From positions 338,514-402,513 of the forward strand of contig NW_015163619.1 in the NCBI RefSeq assembly GCF_001447785.1: a DNA stretch of 64,000 bases, in the 5' to 3' direction. A program made the translations under genes and the position numbers. How positions within the stretch are numbered: the first letter of the stretch is position 1; each line of letters begins with the position of its first letter. This document shows positions 60,111-64,000 of this stretch, in pieces. The stretch is from Gekko japonicus (taxonomy: Eukaryota). Below the pieces are notes generated by a model. That model was given only the letters and a program-made list of their open reading frames with translations. It was not told where the DNA came from and made no database searches.

Positions 60111-62186
60111 ATTACAACATTCTCCGACAACTTTCCGGTCACAAGTGCAAGAAATGACAACTCCTTCTTTCATCAACAAATAGTACCAGATCTTTACTAC
60201 TCTTTATCCTTGCTGTATTTCTTTCTCCCTGTTCCCTTTTCTCTCTCCCCCTCCCCCCTGCCATCCCTTCAACTCATCGCACATTTCCATCTAGCAGACA
60301 TTTTGGAGAGGCTAGTAAATATCAAGCAAATGGTTTTAAAATTATGTGTCCTTCTAATTATGGGGTGTGCATGGCTCTCCAGCTCAACTGCCATGTGCAC
60401 ATCCATATGCTAGTATTTTGCAAAAAGCAAGCATGATTAAGGACTGAAGCTGCTGCTGAATGTTCTACTCTTCTGTCACACACAGCATCTTTAGATCCAG
60501 CCATAAATGTTTGTTAAATCATTATTTTTTCTTTTTAAAGAAATACTCTGTGCTGCGTGTCTGATTATTTAAAATGACTGACAGTTTCCTGACAGAACTT
60601 CAAATATAAAAGTTTTATAGCCATCTGATGAAGGGGGGGAAGGGGTATGATCTTTGTCTCCATGCTGGAACAATATGACAAAAGACGACATACTGCATTC
60701 AGGTTCCACAGTATGCCAGATTTCTTCATTTTTCTCTACAAATGGACAGAGCTGAAAGGAAAGTGACTGTTGGCATAACGTAAAAGTATTCCCAACTTTG
60801 TAGGGACTTCAATGAAAGATGCAAAGCAAAGATAATCCAATCAGAGTAAGCAAAGGTTTTGCAGGCATCACTGGTAGAAAAGAAAAGTACAGCAAAGTAA
60901 AATTACCACTGGTGTTCTTGCTGGCGACAAATTTTTCAAACCATTTCAATATACATTGGGAAAGTCCTAGGTTCCCTGATCACACAGTTAGGAATTTAAA
61001 AAATTGAAATATTTTACCTTTAACCCTAACCTGACAATTCTATCATCCTAATACACTAACCTGATAGAAAGATCGGCAGATGCGGGAGCTCCGAGGACAC
61101 AAAGACAGAGCTATCCTTACCTGCAAAAGCTTCCTTCTGTGTTTCGATGGAGGAATAAATTCTACATGCAGCAGTGACCCCCTCCCCTTCTGGGGGTGAA
61201 CGAGGAACACCACATATTCCAGATCTCCATGTATAGCAGGACACTCATGGGACTGGCCAAATAAATACCTTTATCTTTACTATTCAGCTTCACAATATCA
61301 TTTATATATTTTTTCACATAACAGAATAAGCAAAGGAGTTCTTTTTTATAGCCATGCACATAATAATGCTCAGGTTTACTGTGTTCTCTTCATTATGCTC
61401 CAAGTACAGTTTTGTCATTGCAATCACACCAAATGTACAAGCTATAGGAAGGTCTCTAGTTTGCAAACCTTCAGATTACCTGATTTCAAGGACTGTTTTT
61501 GACAAAGCCCTAAGAAAACAGCCTTCCCATGTATCTGAACATTTGAGAAGCTGAGACTGGACACTATCAGTATTTTTAAAAGAGAGCTAAAGGAGATAGC
61601 AAAGAGACAGTGTCTCCTGTAAGGTCCAAAGACATTTCTTTGGTCCTTCAAGACTAAATATTAGGGCAAATTGGTTCTGTGAATTTCTGAATCACTACAA
61701 AGCCTGCAAAATCTGTTTTACCAGGATAATATATACCACATGGATCAATTATTACTGTTGTGTCATTTTGCCTGTCATTCATGTGAATGTTTTGAATTTT
61801 CTCATACCACCTGGATACATGCTTCTGTAAGGTATCTGTTTATGAAAGACAGTATGTATTTGTTTGTTTGAGGGTCATAGATATCTCATTTTGTATTACA
61901 TTCATTGTTCGATTCAATAATAGTTTAATCTTCCTCCATTGTTTAAAACCAAGGGATCTGTTTAATGAATGATTATTTACTGTAAAAGGAAAGAGAGATC
62001 TAATAATGAATTAAGCTATCAGATGAGCTATCAAACAAACTACCTGGTGAAAAAAGCAGTACTGATCATAATTACAGGTTCTGCATTTTCTGCCTTCTCT
62101 GCAGTTTTGTGTAAAGTTTAGCACCAGAACCTTCACCAACATGGTAGTGTGTGTGGTAGATTTCCATCAACTTCTCTCCCCTCTAT

Positions 62187-62209
62187 ACACACACACACAC
62201 ACACACACA
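62187..62209. repeat. (CA)n microsatellite
   Basis: About 11 units. Confidence 0.9.
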
Positions 62210-62681
62210 ATAAAATGACTCGGGCAGACTAAACCTTTGAAGAGAAAACTAGGGTGGTGGTGGATTGGTAGCCTCTTAAGTAAAGAATAAAGCATATATG
62301 GTCCAACGTTTCTGTTATATTTTCGGGAATATGTTTCTGTTATATTCTTGTGGACAATAAAGAAATCCATAGCTGCAGTTTTCCTATCACATTCTATTAT
62401 AAAGACCATAATCCATAACAAAAAATAACCTAGAAGTATGCACAACTTGAACATGAATAAAAAGGACAAGACCAAAATTCAACAAAAGAGAAAATGATTC
62501 AAGCAAAGGAAGAGCTTGAGAATCATATTGTAAAATGAATTGCCTTCATGGGGGGGATAAACTATTGGATGAGAATTGTTGTGTTTCGTCCCTCTAATCT
62601 TGTATATGAATAGATATGTACTGAATAGGGGAACATAGCTAAAGAGGATTGAATGAAACCTTGTTTCTACAAAGGCTGGAA

Positions 62682-63001
62682 TAGGGTTGCCAAGTGGCAC
62701 TTACCCTTCCGGCGGGGGGCTCCAGTTCGGCTCCCGGTGTGCGCACGCGCCGCATGCACATCACAGGGAAGTGACATCATGATGCCGGGCATGCTGGGGG
62801 CGGGGCCATGACCATACAAGGGAAAACCATAGAGTTTTCCCTTGTATGGCTGTGGCCCCGCCCCCAGCGTGCCCAGCGTCATAACGTCACTTGGCCAAAT
62901 GACCTGATTGGTTCATGAGGTTCATGGTTCACTAGAACAGCCTCCCAGCGTGCTAGAGACACCAAACTTGCAGGGGATCTCCAGGGGATTTGGCAGCCCT
63001 A
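62682..63001. mobile_element. hAT MITE, TAGGGTTGCCA family, with internal hairpin and 93 bp of locally copied DNA
   Basis: TIRs TAGGGTTGCCAA / TTGGCAGCCCTA; perfect TSD GGCTGGAA (62674-81, 63002-09). Confidence 0.9.
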
Positions 63002-63040
63002 GGCTGGAACTATGTGAAACTCACTAACACCACTCATGAG

Positions 63041-64000
63041 TAAGGATGGTCACAAAGCGGGAAAATCCAATTTGGTTCATGGTTTGTGGTATGCCTGTGT
63101 CATGATCTGGGCTGTGCCACCAGAAGTCTACTAGGCCCAGGGAGCCTGGCTAGCAGTAGGTGAGGCTGGGTCTACAACTCCCAGAAGCCCCTGAGAGGTT
63201 TTGGAGCCAAAATTGAACGATAGGAAAAGAGGAGGGCTTGTAATAAAAGATTTGGAGCAGCAGGAAAAGCTGTTCTTTTTCCCAGGGGACAGAGCCAGAA
63301 GGGACTGAGGCTGCTGTAGGGAAGAGACCCTCATCCTGAGGGAAGGGTGAGTAGTCTAGTGCCACTTGGAATAGTGAGCTAGGGACAGTATATATTTAGA
63401 CGCGTTAGGGCATTTGATTTCTTTTCTTTTCACCCACTTACTGTTATTATTCTGCACCTTGTTGTTTGACCTCCTATACAATAAACTATTTTCATTGTTC
63501 ACTCTGCCTAGTCTTCATGCCTATTATTCGGCCAAAAGGGAGGTCAGAAGGTCTTGGGAGGGTGCTCTGGGTTTTCTCAAGGGAGCCTGGAACCAGAGTG
63601 GTGGCAGTGTCAGGTGACACCCCACCTGAGCCGTGACAGCCTGGTTCATGAACCACAAACAGTCATGAACTTTTAGTGGCCAAATGACCTGATTGGTTCA
63701 TGAGGTTCATGGTTCACTAGAACAGCCTCCCAGCGTGCTAGAGACACCAAACTTGCAGGGGATCTCCAGCTGACTGAGAAAACATTTTCCCCAAAAAGCA
63801 CTTTCCTGGGGGCACCTTCTTTGGTGTAAATCCAATCCTCACCAAACTTGGCAGGCAGGAAGAGGAGAGTCAGCTAGAGATCCCCTGCAAGTTTGGTGAT
63901 GCTAGCTTTCACTCCTGAACCTGCAGTCATTTTGAATGGTGCTGGTTCAGGAGTGTATAGACTGGATCCTGTGCAAGCTAGAGATATCAAAGTCATAGGG
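63041..64000. mobile_element. TAGGGATGGGC-family hAT element, interrupted by an LTR, probably running off the window
   Basis: Start TAAGGATGGTCACAAA, repeated GGTTCATG / GAACCACAAAC motifs, internal inverted CACCAAACTTGCAGGGGATCTC. Confidence 0.6.
63098..63638 (+). mobile_element. Solo LTR (541 bp), Gypsy-like
   Basis: Ends TGTCATG / CGTGACA; perfect 5-bp TSD GCCTG (63093-97, 63639-43); AATAAA at 63480. Confidence 0.88.

Overview
Vertebrate nuclear DNA, very likely a squamate reptile and probably a gecko (inferred from the repeat content: Sauria SINE, Squam2/Squam3-like SINEs, a 5S-headed SINE, BovB, Penelope and hAT/Harbinger MITEs). It is a draft assembly with five N-gaps (4563-5107, 11199-11235, 24460-25176, 41159-42149, 53957-54088). 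I recognise no host protein-coding exon, so the window looks intronic or intergenic. The only intact long CDS is a full-length BovB/RTE LINE (48750-51956, minus strand, 1004-aa APE+RT ORF, 12-bp TSD) inserted into a decayed L1. The rest is a dense mosaic of SINEs, L1/L2 fragments, four solo LTRs with 5-bp TSDs, a Penelope fragment and many MITEs with readable TIRs/TSDs, several of them nested. Most interesting: (1) an extensively base-paired, pseudoknot- and kink-turn-like RNA fold in the BovB 5' UTR (ribozyme/processing-element candidate); (2) a 3-kb hAT element with perfect TIRs/TSD carrying CpG-island-like cargo with splice donors (Pack-TIR candidate); (3) three independent locally templated insertions; (4) Penelope minimal hammerhead motifs, one split by a solo LTR. 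Family names come from recalled consensus features, not database searches.
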